Below, one piece after another: positions 24,049 through 34,192 of a stretch of DNA of 34,947 nucleotides. The DNA is from a virus (taxonomy: Duplodnaviria > Caudoviricetes), in the IMG/VR virus record IMGVR_UViG_3300048574_000528, positions 1-34,947 of that record. One strand, 5' to 3'. A model generated the notes under the pieces. The model was not told the DNA's origin. It searched no databases and worked only from the letters and a program-made list of their open reading frames with translations. Within the stretch, counting starts at the first letter, position 1. Every line of letters begins with the position of its first letter. Position numbers and translations under genes: made by a program.

Positions 24049-26640
24049 ATGGCAGGTAGACTATCCGAGCTGATCGTCAAGATCGGGGCCGAAACATCGG
24101 GATTCTCCACTGGTGTGCGAGGAGTGTCGGCGGACCTGGAGAAGATGGTCAACTCCGCCAACAGCGCCATGCGTGGATTCCGGTCATTCTCCGAGCAGAT
24201 GAGCAGCTTGGGTGGCGGGCTGACCGTCGGCCTGTCTCTGCCGCTGGCGGGCCTGGGGGCGGCCGCAATCAAGGCCGATGCAGACATGGACGGCTTGATG
24301 CGGGGTCTGGAGGCAGTCACCGGCTCCGCCAGCGCGGCCCAGAGCCAGTTCGAGCGGCTGGGGGACGTGGCGAAGCTGCCGGGCCTCGGCTTTGAAGAGG
24401 CTGTCCAGGGCGCGATCAACCTGGAGGCGGCCGGCCTTTCCGCCGAGCTGGCCGAGCGAGCGCTGGGGGCCTTCGGAAACGCCCTGGCGACGGTCGGAAA
24501 GGGGAAGGCCGATCTGGACGGCGTGATCCTGGCATTAGGTCAGATCGAGAGCAAGGGCAAGATATCCGCTGAGGAGATCAACCAGCTCGCCGAGCGGGTA
24601 CCGCAGATCAGGCAGGCAATGAAAGGGGCCTTCGGCACGGCCGACACGGAGGAGCTGCAGAAGATGGGCATCTCGGCGACGCAATTCGTGGAGCGGGTAA
24701 CCGCCGAGTTTGAAAAGTTGAAGCCGGTGACTGGCGGAGTGAGAAACTCCTTCGAGAACGTCCAGGATGCTATCCAGAAGAGCCTGTCTGAGATCGGCAA
24801 GTCCTTACGTCCTGCGACGGAGGAACTCCTGAAGTTCTTGGAGCCCGCGATCACGAAGACTGGGGAGCTAGCGAAGGAATTCCGGGACCTTCCACCAGCG
24901 ATTCAGGGTGCGACCGGTGTGTTGATCGGGCTAGCAACTTCGATTCCGCCGGCGCTGACCACGATCGGTCAAATGGGGCTCGGGGTTTCCAGCATCATCG
25001 CCGCACTGCCGGTCCTGAAGAGTGTGGCGGCAGGTGGAGGAGCTGCCGTCGCGGGAGCTGTGGCAGCCGCTGGCGGTGTCACTGTTGTGGCTGGAATAAT
25101 ACTCGGCCTGCTGGGGACGGTCGGTGCTGGATACTACCTCTACAACCGGGATATCGAGTTCGCCACCAAGGGCGTGGAGAAGAACACTGGTTTGATGCGC
25201 GCCGCGGCAGAGAATCTGGCTCTCTCCATGCGGCCGACGATCGGCGATGCCGGCCGCATGGCGGATGAGTTCAACCGCGTCGCGGGCTCGCTCAATGGCT
25301 CGGCCGCCGCCACTGCCAAACAGGCCAGGGCAATCGTGGATCTGAATGGCGCCATGCAGGGCCCCCAGACTATGTTCCAAGCCCTCGACATGAGCAGCCG
25401 CACAGCTTCGGCCATGCAGAAGGAGGCTGCCGAGCAGCTCCAGCGTGTCGCCGACGTTCTTTCCGGCAAGGGATTCGACGTCGAACGCTTCCCGTTCGCC
25501 CTGGCCAAGGTTGGTGACCAACTGGAACAGACCAGTTCTGTTGCCCAGATCGTCTCCAAGCACTGGACCAACCTCTGGGATGAGATCGCGAACACACAGG
25601 CAGCCCAGCGCGCCGATGCGGGTATCCGTCAGATCATCGCCAGCCTCGGGGGCCAGGTTGAGGAGTTCAAGAAGTTGGCCGACGCCAGGAAGCGCCTGGG
25701 GCTCTCCGACCCGAAGGATCTTGGGCAGATGGCGGCCGACGTCGGCACCGTCAAGGCGTCCGGAGCGCCGAAGTACGAAGTCCGCAAGGCCGAGTTGGAC
25801 TACCTGAACGAAAAGCGCCGGCAAGGTGTGGCCCTGACCAAGGAAGAGTCCGTAGCGCTCCGCCAACTGGAGGCAGAAAACAAGACCGTCACCAAGACGA
25901 CGGTCACCGTGTGGCAGGAGATCCAGCAGCGGCTCAAAGCCGTCTTCCAGGACGTCAGCAAGAACATCGTGGACTTGGCCTTCAAGGGTGGCAAGTTCAA
26001 GGACGTCATGGTCGGTGCCTTTGAGGAGATCGGCAAGGGATTGTCCCGCCTGGCTCTGGAGAAGACGCTGGGGGCGATCGGCAAGGAACTGGGCGGCATC
26101 GTGTCCGACATTCCAGGCCTGGCCAAGATCAGCGGCTTGTTGGGGCTGGGCGGGAAAGCAGCCAGCACAGCCGTCGAAACCGGCACGGCCGTGACTGATG
26201 CCGCCACCAATGCCGCGAACATCGCCAATCAGACCTCCGGAGCCGTCAGCAAGGCGATCGGATCGTCTTTCACCTCACTGGCGGGTGTCGTCACCGGAGC
26301 CATCAGCGCCGTGTCAGGGATCATCGGTAACTTCCAGGCGGCCCGGCAGGAAGGCACCCTCAACGCCATCGAGTGGAACACTCGCAAGACCAGCTTGCAC
26401 GCGGAGCACACCCTGCTGAAGATCAACGAGGGCATTCCGGGGTTCAGCGGTGTACAAGAGCGGATCGTGGAGGTCCGGGACATCATGTTTGCCTGGAATT
26501 CGCTCTTCGAGAACGGCCTGGCCGTAGCCGGTGGTGGCGATACCATCATCAACATGGCCGGCTCAAACTTCATCGGGTTCCGCGACCTGGACGCGTTCCT
26601 GGATGAACTGGTGCGCCGGTTGAAGCAGCGCGGAGCGTAA
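24049..26640 (+). CDS. Tape measure protein
   Basis: LIVKIGAETSGF start, ALGQIESKGKISAEEINQLAER tape-measure domain, Ala/Gly-rich with hydrophobic segments. Confidence 0.93.
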   Translation: MAGRLSELIVKIGAETSGFSTGVRGVSADLEKMVNSANSAMRGFRSFSEQMSSLGGGLTVGLSLPLAGLGAAAIKADADMDGLMRGLEAVTGSASAAQSQFERLGDVAKLPGLGFEEAVQGAINLEAAGLSAELAERALGAFGNALATVGKGKADLDGVILALGQIESKGKISAEEINQLAERVPQIRQAMKGAFGTADTEELQKMGISATQFVERVTAEFEKLKPVTGGVRNSFENVQDAIQKSLSEIGKSLRPATEELLKFLEPAITKTGELAKEFRDLPPAIQGATGVLIGLATSIPPALTTIGQMGLGVSSIIAALPVLKSVAAGGGAAVAGAVAAAGGVTVVAGIILGLLGTVGAGYYLYNRDIEFATKGVEKNTGLMRAAAENLALSMRPTIGDAGRMADEFNRVAGSLNGSAAATAKQARAIVDLNGAMQGPQTMFQALDMSSRTASAMQKEAAEQLQRVADVLSGKGFDVERFPFALAKVGDQLEQTSSVAQIVSKHWTNLWDEIANTQAAQRADAGIRQIIASLGGQVEEFKKLADARKRLGLSDPKDLGQMAADVGTVKASGAPKYEVRKAELDYLNEKRRQGVALTKEESVALRQLEAENKTVTKTTVTVWQEIQQRLKAVFQDVSKNIVDLAFKGGKFKDVMVGAFEEIGKGLSRLALEKTLGAIGKELGGIVSDIPGLAKISGLLGLGGKAASTAVETGTAVTDAATNAANIANQTSGAVSKAIGSSFTSLAGVVTGAISAVSGIIGNFQAARQEGTLNAIEWNTRKTSLHAEHTLLKINEGIPGFSGVQERIVEVRDIMFAWNSLFENGLAVAGGGDTIINMAGSNFIGFRDLDAFLDELVRRLKQRGA

Positions 26641-26679
26641 CCGGAGCAGCGCTGGGGGCGTAATACAGTGTGGAGGTCG

Positions 26680-27177
26680 ATGATGAAGTTCACCTTGGTT
26701 TGTCTCTCACTGCTGGCCGTCAGCCTGCAGGGCCGCGAGATCCCGAGTCTGGACTTCCCCATCCCTTGCTTCGAAGTGGATCGTCCAGCCAACGAAGTGA
26801 TGGAAGCCTTGGGGTTCGAGATTCAGCCCAACGGAGGCATCAGCGCCACCACGGTCTTCGCCCACGTATACAACACCCGCGACTGGCGCCAGGTGTGGGG
26901 GCAGGTGAAGCGGCCCGCGGATACGTCCGGTGGACTGCTGCCGTCGACCACCCGCCTCCGGCCGTTCGTCACCGAGCTGGCGTTCTACGATGTGAAGCCG
27001 CACTGGCTGAAGCGCGGGACCTGCACGGTGCGGCTGACCATGGACTTCACCGGTTGGAAAGAGACGCTCTGGGCCGAGGGCCGGGAGCGCTTCCGCACCA
27101 CTGGCCAACTGGAAGCGCGGATCTTGGATCTGATCCGGAACCAGGTGGAGGCCAAGGGGCTGTTGCCGGGGAAGTAG
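26680..27177 (+). CDS. Exported hypothetical protein (moron-like)
   Basis: GGAGG RBS; signal peptide MMKFTLVCLSLLAVSLQG; inserted inside the tail module. Confidence 0.7.
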   Translation: MMKFTLVCLSLLAVSLQGREIPSLDFPIPCFEVDRPANEVMEALGFEIQPNGGISATTVFAHVYNTRDWRQVWGQVKRPADTSGGLLPSTTRLRPFVTELAFYDVKPHWLKRGTCTVRLTMDFTGWKETLWAEGRERFRTTGQLEARILDLIRNQVEAKGLLPGK

Positions 27178-27293
27178 GTCCTGAGGCCTTCGGCCCGCCG
27201 AGAGGCAGTTGTCCGACCTGTTCATGAAGCGATAGCACCTCACCCACAACAAGATTCTGACCGGCCCGCCCATCGTGGCGGGCCACTCCATTT

Positions 27294-30200
27294 ATGGCAT
27301 TTGTACTCACCGTTGGCGGCCAAGGCTACTCCTGGAAGCCCGGCACTCTCTCCATCACCGAAACTCTCGGCGGCCGCTCCACCTGCGAGTTCTCTATCGA
27401 TGACCCCGAGGGAACGCTGGCTGTGCCGGCGCCCGGCCACGAAGTGATCATCATGGACGGAATCTACCGCATCTTCGGCGGTTCGGTGGAGTCCGTGGAG
27501 ATCGTGCGCTACACCGGCATCCAGGCGCGAGTCTTCCGTGTGAGCTGCGTCGACTATCACCGGGTTCTGGACCGCCGTCTGGCTGGAGCCTACTCCTGGC
27601 AACAACGGAAGGCCGGGCTGATCGTGATGGACATCGCGACCCACAGCCTGCAGGCGGAGGCGATCAACATTGACTTCATCCAGGACGGGCCGATTATTGA
27701 GCGGCTCGAAATCGACTACCCCACGGTGGCCGAGGCCGTCCAGCAGGTTGCCAAGTTGGCCAAGATGTTCTGGACCGTGGACTACGGCAGGCAACTGCGG
27801 TTCTTCTCGCCCGAGTCCTACGCCTGCCCATTTGAGCTGACGCCTACGAGCAAGAACTTCACCGCGCTGACCGTGCGCAACACCCGGGAGCAATACGCCA
27901 ATCGCGTGCTGAGCCGGATCGGGGAATATGTCCGAGACCCGCAGACTGCACGCTTCGATGCCTCCGGCCGTACCGGCGCCGGCGAGGACGTGCTGGAGTC
28001 GATGAAGCCGGATGGGACCCGGAAGCGTTTCGCAGTGACCTACCCGATCCATGCGCAGCCGACTGTGCGCGTCAACGGGGTTGAGCGCCCGGTGGGAGTG
28101 TTCGGCGCCGGCGCGGTCGAGTGGGGGTGGAACACGGGGAGTCCGGAACTTCAGCAAGATGCCGGCATGCCTGCGCTTGCCGCCGGGGCGGTGCTGGAGA
28201 TCTCGTACGTTGGCCTGAGCAGTGAGATCATCGCCGTGCAGAACGATGCCGAGGTGGACCTGCGCTCATCCATTGAGGGCGGCAGCGGCTTGTACGAGGT
28301 GGTGCAGGACAGCTCAACGGAAATGACCCGTCAGGATGCGCAGCAATTCGCGGCCGCCATCCTGGACAACCTCGACGAGCTGAGCTGTGTGGCCACAGTC
28401 CAGACCACCGGGTTGATTGAGTCCCTGGCGCCGGCGGCCCGCGTCGGACAGCGCATCCACATCGACGTTGGCGGATACCACACCGGCGGCCGAGGGGTCA
28501 CTGCTGTGGCGTATGGGTCACCAAGCGTGATCACGGCGCCGAGCCACGGCCGCAAGAACGGAGAAAAGGTACACCTGACGGGTGTACAGAATTTGTCCGG
28601 GACCTGGGTGGTGAACAATGTCACGGCCGACACCATGTCGCTGGTGGGGTCCAGCGCCTCTGGCAGCTACTCGGCGGGCGGGTGGGTCTATCCTCTGACC
28701 TACCTGATCCGCCAAATTCGTGTCGCGGACGTTCCGGGGTTCGACCAGTTGGCGTTCTCGCTGGAGTGCGTCACCGGCCCCATCACCGCCGATGCCGTGA
28801 GCTTCTTCCGGGATCTGGCTGTGGTGCAGGGAGTGCCGGCGGCCGCGCCGGCGCCGCAGGACGCAGCCCAGCCTGATGGCCTCTTGAAGAGTCCCATGGA
28901 CTACGGCGCCGTTGGGGATGGCGTGGCGAATGATACCGCGGCCGTCGCCGCCTGCGCGGCGAGCAATGACGCGTGGGAAGTTCCGGCTGGGAAGACGTTC
29001 CTAACGGACAGCATCACGATCTCAGGCCGGGCCCGCGTTTCCATCAGCGGCGCTGGGACGCTCAAGCGGTCGGCCAGCGCTGGCACGGGCCTGCTGTGGT
29101 TCTATTCGTGTCCGGAAGTGAGGATCTCCGGAGTGCACCTGGACGACGGTGGCGTGGGGAGCTGTGTCGTGTTGACCAGTTCCACGGCCTATATGAACGG
29201 CGTATGGTTCACCTTCTGGCAGGCGGCCGTGACCCTGGCCACCGGAGGAACGTATTACTCCTACGGCTGCCGCGGTCTGGCCGACCGTCCGATCGATCCG
29301 CCCATCGCCGACATGTTGCCCGGCGCGGCGTCGGTGACACCGATCCAATACCGCAACGGGGTGGAAATCGCCATGGGCGTGCAGCTCTCCATGGCGTTCG
29401 TCCTGCCGGCGGGTGCGGACATCATGCGCATCTATACTGCGCAGACGGCCGCCGGTGGAACACAGCCAGCGTTGAGTGTCTTCAAAGAGTGGATCCAGGC
29501 TGAGGATAGCCCGTGGATGGAATGGTACCCGTGGCCCCAGACGGCCGCGCGCGTGTGGGTCATGTTCGTGCCATCCAGTAGAGCTAATGGCGTCTGGCCA
29601 GAGCCGACAGTGGCGCATGTCGTCAAGTACGTGGACCTACCAGCCTGGGACTCCGCGAAGCACCCGACCGGGCGGTCCATCACTACGGAACTCATTGACC
29701 CGGCAACGGGACTGGACTTCATGATCAACGGCCGCCTGGCAGCTCGGACGAAGATCACCTTCACAAAGCCGGTGGGCGATCCAAACTACCATGACACCCA
29801 CATTCAATCGAAGTGGGTGAACCTCAACGGCACGGATGCCGGCCTCCCTTGGGAGGACATTATGATCGAGGTGGAGTCTGGGACCTATTACATCGGTCCG
29901 TGGGAACGGCCATCTCGCCAGGAGCGGCGCGTCCTGCGCATGGTGCCGATGGATCACAGGGGCAACTTCACCACGGGCAACGATAGCACCGGGGCGGCGG
30001 TCTACATCTATGATCCCGGAATCACGCCCCAGGGGGTCGGTCTTGATCTCGCGGCCACTAAGCCAGGATCTACTGGGCGCGGGATAACCGTTGGACCAGA
30101 CGGAAAACCGGCAGTCACCGTTACTGGCAGTCTTGTCAATCCGGACTTCAGTGATGGGCTGAATGGCTGGTACACCTCGGATTCGACATGGGCGTTGCTG

Positions 30201-31328
30201 CCGCTGGATGCGAACTTTGTTCTTTCCACAAGCGGCAATCCTGGAAACTGCTGCCGGATCAATGTCACCCCTGGGGTCAACCGCCAGCTTATCCAGGAGG
30301 TCACCTGTCCGGCCGGGACGCCGATGCGCCAATTGTGCACCGTGATCAACCAGACGGGAGTGACCGCATACTGCGGTGTTGCATTCACCGATTCGGCTGG
30401 CCAGCCGATCGCGACCGGCTTAGTTGATACACCCATCCAGCCGGGCGCATCATGGACCGCCCCAGTGAACTTCAAAGTCGCACCGGCCGGATCTGTCAAA
30501 GCGCGGTTCAAGATCTATACGGCTGGCGCCACATCTGGATACCTCCTGGTGGATACATGCGCTTTGATTTCCGGCGAAATCGTCGACAATGTGGCGATCG
30601 AACGCGACGCCACGACGCTGGCTCTCCGGCTCAAGGACCTGGGTGTCTCCACGGACAAGCTGGCCAATCTGGCTACGACGTTTCAGAAGCTTGGTGAAGG
30701 CTCACTGTCTGGCTCGAAGTTCGCCTATGGTGGGATCAACAACCACACCTACTTAGGGGATGGTGTTCTCGCGCGCCAGGCCCTCTTTGCCAACGCCGTG
30801 ATCAGGAACGCCGCAGTCGAATCCCTGGATGCGGTCAAGGTGAACGTGGGCTCATTCGTCGGGCGATCGGTCACCGTGGACAACGGTGCGGTGATCACAG
30901 TGCTGGACGCCGCCTATGACTACAACTACGGGGCATACGCCGGGTTGCGCGTGCAGCAATCCGGCGGTGGTCTCATGAAGACCATTGTGACTGCCGGTGG
31001 AGTCGCGGCGTTCAACGGCAATGGCACCGTGGGGTTTGAGTTTTCCGCCAGCGCGGCCGGTGGCGGGTCTGGCGCGATCAGAAACGCCACCGGCAGCCAG
31101 ACAATCAAGTTCTACGGTCATATCGGGAAGATCGAGTGCTTCGGGATCCGCGACAGCGCTGGGAATGAGCTTCTGTCAGGGCAACTACGTGCCACTGGGT
31201 GGGAAACCCAACCGTACAGCGGGGTGAAGACGGCGATAAATCCCAGCGCGGTGACAGTCTACGACTTGGCCCTGCGCGTGATCGCGCTGATCCAAGACCT
31301 GAAGATGATCTACCTACTTCAAGCATAA
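27294..31328 (+). CDS. Multidomain tail tip protein
   Basis: Hub-like N-terminus, ITAPSHG beta-barrel insert, DYGAVGDGVANDTAA beta-helix start, and LVNPDFSDGLNGW CBM-like module. Confidence 0.8.
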   Translation: MAFVLTVGGQGYSWKPGTLSITETLGGRSTCEFSIDDPEGTLAVPAPGHEVIIMDGIYRIFGGSVESVEIVRYTGIQARVFRVSCVDYHRVLDRRLAGAYSWQQRKAGLIVMDIATHSLQAEAINIDFIQDGPIIERLEIDYPTVAEAVQQVAKLAKMFWTVDYGRQLRFFSPESYACPFELTPTSKNFTALTVRNTREQYANRVLSRIGEYVRDPQTARFDASGRTGAGEDVLESMKPDGTRKRFAVTYPIHAQPTVRVNGVERPVGVFGAGAVEWGWNTGSPELQQDAGMPALAAGAVLEISYVGLSSEIIAVQNDAEVDLRSSIEGGSGLYEVVQDSSTEMTRQDAQQFAAAILDNLDELSCVATVQTTGLIESLAPAARVGQRIHIDVGGYHTGGRGVTAVAYGSPSVITAPSHGRKNGEKVHLTGVQNLSGTWVVNNVTADTMSLVGSSASGSYSAGGWVYPLTYLIRQIRVADVPGFDQLAFSLECVTGPITADAVSFFRDLAVVQGVPAAAPAPQDAAQPDGLLKSPMDYGAVGDGVANDTAAVAACAASNDAWEVPAGKTFLTDSITISGRARVSISGAGTLKRSASAGTGLLWFYSCPEVRISGVHLDDGGVGSCVVLTSSTAYMNGVWFTFWQAAVTLATGGTYYSYGCRGLADRPIDPPIADMLPGAASVTPIQYRNGVEIAMGVQLSMAFVLPAGADIMRIYTAQTAAGGTQPALSVFKEWIQAEDSPWMEWYPWPQTAARVWVMFVPSSRANGVWPEPTVAHVVKYVDLPAWDSAKHPTGRSITTELIDPATGLDFMINGRLAARTKITFTKPVGDPNYHDTHIQSKWVNLNGTDAGLPWEDIMIEVESGTYYIGPWERPSRQERRVLRMVPMDHRGNFTTGNDSTGAAVYIYDPGITPQGVGLDLAATKPGSTGRGITVGPDGKPAVTVTGSLVNPDFSDGLNGWYTSDSTWALLPLDANFVLSTSGNPGNCCRINVTPGVNRQLIQEVTCPAGTPMRQLCTVINQTGVTAYCGVAFTDSAGQPIATGLVDTPIQPGASWTAPVNFKVAPAGSVKARFKIYTAGATSGYLLVDTCALISGEIVDNVAIERDATTLALRLKDLGVSTDKLANLATTFQKLGEGSLSGSKFAYGGINNHTYLGDGVLARQALFANAVIRNAAVESLDAVKVNVGSFVGRSVTVDNGAVITVLDAAYDYNYGAYAGLRVQQSGGGLMKTIVTAGGVAAFNGNGTVGFEFSASAAGGGSGAIRNATGSQTIKFYGHIGKIECFGIRDSAGNELLSGQLRATGWETQPYSGVKTAINPSAVTVYDLALRVIALIQDLKMIYLLQA

Positions 31329-31340
31329 AAAGGAAGCGAA

Positions 31341-31649
31341 ATGGCTATTTCGATTACCCTCAACTCTGGAACCGTCTTGACCCTGAGTGAGGACCAGGAG
31401 ACGGCTCTCACGGCATATTTGGGGCACCCGCAGAACCAGGTGCCGTACTTCAACCCTGTTTCCGAGGTGACAACCTCTGTGCCCAGGTGGGCCTCGGTCG
31501 ATGACTGGGTGGTATACCACTGGTCGAAACTGCTAGGGCCGGTCCTGGAACTGTGTCCTCCGCTCGCGGTTTCGACCATCCAGGATCAGATCGCCGCCTT
31601 GCAGGCGGCCAGATTAGCCGCCGCTCAATTGGTGGCGCAAGGTCAGTAG
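31341..31649 (+). CDS. Hypothetical tail-associated protein
   Basis: AAAGGA RBS; operon position. Confidence 0.6.
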   Translation: MAISITLNSGTVLTLSEDQETALTAYLGHPQNQVPYFNPVSEVTTSVPRWASVDDWVVYHWSKLLGPVLELCPPLAVSTIQDQIAALQAARLAAAQLVAQGQ

Positions 31650-31656
31650 GAATGTC

Positions 31657-31896
31657 ATGGACATCTTGTATCGCTTCACGAAGGGCGAGTCGGAAGCCCT
31701 CTCCCGCCGGAAGGCAGAGGTCATTCGCCTCCTAAGCACGATCGCGGAGATTCGAGGGCTGCCGGATGAGGTAATGCTGGCGCCAGACGACAGCGGCTTT
31801 GTCTCGACGCCGATCACTAAGCCACCTCAAGCAGAATTGCCAGTTCCTCCGGTTGAGACTGAAGTCTCTGCGGTGGAGGGAGACACAGGGGAGTAG
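31657..31896 (+). CDS. Hypothetical protein
   Basis: AGGA RBS; operon position. Confidence 0.55.
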   Translation: MDILYRFTKGESEALSRRKAEVIRLLSTIAEIRGLPDEVMLAPDDSGFVSTPITKPPQAELPVPPVETEVSAVEGDTGE

Positions 31897-31949
31897 GCGA
31901 TGTGGAACACCTCTGGCAGTCGAATCGCGGTCCGAGAGAGAGGCTGAAC

Positions 31950-33959
31950 ATGGCGACATCGTACGGAGTTCGGCTTCTGAAGGTCTGCCTGACGGCGCTC
32001 ATTCTGGCCGAGGATGGACGTGGGCAGACTACGGTGGCTGATACCATCCGCGTGGGAGCCGGGGGAGGCCTGTTCTCCGGACGGCTCGTCATTTCGGGTC
32101 CGAGCATGGTGTGTGGAGGCGTCACGTACGCCCAATGGCCACTGGAAGTGAAGGTGGCGTCGGGTCAGTTCTCCGTCGTGCTCGCACCCAGCGCCGCATG
32201 CGAGCCGCAAGGTGTGTATGGAGTCCGGTTCATCCCGGACAGAGGCACGGAATGGGTGGAGCGATGGATCGTGCCGGCTTCGGCGAGTCCATTGACTCTG
32301 GCGCAAGTCCCGAGGGCTACGGTGCAGATGCCTGTATCCTACATTTCGCCGGCGCAGATCGCCCGTTCGGGCGCCCAGGTGGGCCAGGTGCTGACGATGG
32401 GTTCGGGCGGTGTGTGGGCGCCAGCTACCCCAGCAGCAGTCGATGGCGCCGCTATCGGAGTGGGAGGAGACCTCGCTGGGTCTGCCGCCAGCGCGAGCGT
32501 GCAGCGGGTGAGGGGGGTGCTGTACGACGATCTCGCGCCGACCGACGGCCAGGTCTATGTGTACGACGCTCAGAACGCCCGAGCTATCCCACGCACCATC
32601 AACGGCGCCTACGCGGACCAGGAAGTGCCGACGGGAGCCGTTGATGGAGCCAACCTGGAATTTACGCTGGTTCAGCCACCGTTTCCGGCCGCGAGCCTGC
32701 ACGTGTGGCGCAACGGCATCCTGCAGAAACGTGGCGAGGGAGGTGACTACACCGTCTCCGGGAACACCATCAGCTTCTTCGAGGTCTCAGTGCCTCAGCC
32801 TGGTGATCTTTTGCAGACCAGCTACCGATGGGCGCCATCGTTGCCCTTCGGATCCCAAGTGTTGAGCGTGTCAGGCAAGGCCGGCGCGGTGGCGCTGGAT
32901 GTGGCGGATATCGCCGGATTGACCGCCGCGCTAGATGCCAAGTCCTCAACTGGCCACAACCACGATTCCTCGTATGTTCGGCTGGACGGAGCGTATGTGA
33001 ACCCAGCCTGGCTGAACTCCATCGCGTTCTCGAAGGTGATAGGGATCTCAGGGACCCCTGACGGCTCCAAGTTCCTAAGGGACGACGGGGCATGGGCGGC
33101 CGCGCCAGGCGGGCAGGCCGCAGCCTGGGGTGCGATCACAGGAACACTGGCAGACCAGGTGGATCTTCAGAGCGCCTTGAGCGCCAAAGCGGGTACCAGC
33201 CACAACCACGATTCCTCGTATGTTCGGCTGGACGGAGCGTATGTGAACCCGGCCTGGCTGAACTCCGTCGCGTTTTCGAAGGTGACAGGGATCTCGGGGA
33301 CCCCTGATGGCTCGAAGTTCCTTAGGGACGACGGGGCATGGGCGGCCGCGCCAGGCGGGCAGGCCGCGGCCTGGGGTGCGATCACAGGAACCCTGGCAGA
33401 CCAGGTGGATCTTCAGAGCGCCCTGAGCGCCAAGGCGGGAACCAGCCACAACCACGATTCTTCGTACGTTCGGCTGGATGGGGCTTATGTGAATCCAGCC
33501 TGGCTGAACTCCATCGCATTCTCCAAGGTGACGGGAATTGCTGGGACTCCCAACGGTTCGATGTTCTTGAGGGACGATGGCTCTTGGGCAGCCCCGATTC
33601 AGGCATGGGGTAGCATTTCCGGGTCAATTGCGGCGCAGGCTGATCTCCAAAGCGCGCTGGCGGGGAAGGCCGCATCGGCACACTCGCACGATGCCTCCGC
33701 CATCGCATCGGGCATTCTGTCCAGCGCCCGCCTGCCCAAACTCGCCCACCTCGTGGATTTTGCCGGGAATGTCACAAAGACGATCACCGCCGCCGAACAC
33801 GGCTTGGCGGGCCCAGCTTTCACAATCACTTGCTGGGACAGTACCACCGCCGGGAAATTGATTCGAGTATTTGAGGACACTGCTGAGATCTCATCGGCCA
33901 CGTTGGACGTGACGATCTCGTTCTCGGCGGCGTTCACCGGCAAGTGCCTCATTCAGTAG
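31950..33959 (+). CDS. Tail-fibre-like protein with signal-peptide-like N-terminus
   Basis: LSVSGKAGAVAL, HxH metal motifs, FLRDDG.W and WG.ITGTL..Q.DL fibre motifs. Start 31950 (alternative GTG 31902). Confidence 0.8.
   Translation: MATSYGVRLLKVCLTALILAEDGRGQTTVADTIRVGAGGGLFSGRLVISGPSMVCGGVTYAQWPLEVKVASGQFSVVLAPSAACEPQGVYGVRFIPDRGTEWVERWIVPASASPLTLAQVPRATVQMPVSYISPAQIARSGAQVGQVLTMGSGGVWAPATPAAVDGAAIGVGGDLAGSAASASVQRVRGVLYDDLAPTDGQVYVYDAQNARAIPRTINGAYADQEVPTGAVDGANLEFTLVQPPFPAASLHVWRNGILQKRGEGGDYTVSGNTISFFEVSVPQPGDLLQTSYRWAPSLPFGSQVLSVSGKAGAVALDVADIAGLTAALDAKSSTGHNHDSSYVRLDGAYVNPAWLNSIAFSKVIGISGTPDGSKFLRDDGAWAAAPGGQAAAWGAITGTLADQVDLQSALSAKAGTSHNHDSSYVRLDGAYVNPAWLNSVAFSKVTGISGTPDGSKFLRDDGAWAAAPGGQAAAWGAITGTLADQVDLQSALSAKAGTSHNHDSSYVRLDGAYVNPAWLNSIAFSKVTGIAGTPNGSMFLRDDGSWAAPIQAWGSISGSIAAQADLQSALAGKAASAHSHDASAIASGILSSARLPKLAHLVDFAGNVTKTITAAEHGLAGPAFTITCWDSTTAGKLIRVFEDTAEISSATLDVTISFSAAFTGKCLIQ
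32955..33692 (+). repeat. Three tandem 246-bp (82-aa) intragenic repeats
   Basis: Units start at 32955, 33201 and 33447; the third diverges at its 3' end. Confidence 0.93.
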
Positions 33960-33974
33960 GAAGGAGCAGGAAAC

Positions 33975-34157
33975 ATGAACTGGAAACAGATTAACTGGAA
34001 GACGACTGCAGCAGGATCTCTGTTGGCGATTCTCGAACTTGCCAAGGCTGCCAAGCCGTCTTGGGTGCCGGTACTCACGACTATCCAGACCGTCGTTGTC
34101 AGCACCGGTCTAGTCGCGGCCGCAGACGCTCCCAAGCAACCTCCCACAAAGGGGTAG
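33975..34157 (+). CDS. Holin-like small membrane protein
   Basis: NWKTTAAG motif, two hydrophobic segments, GLVAAAD end; strong RBS. Confidence 0.6.
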   Translation: MNWKQINWKTTAAGSLLAILELAKAAKPSWVPVLTTIQTVVVSTGLVAAADAPKQPPTKG

Positions 34158-34192
34158 TGCCTCCGGGACCGGCGTAAAACTCACATTTCTGG

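Noticed and set aside
32955-33692. Fibre repeats as a CRISPR array, DGR or shufflon
   Set aside because: They are contiguous in-frame coding repeats with no spacers, no inverted cassettes and mostly synonymous differences.
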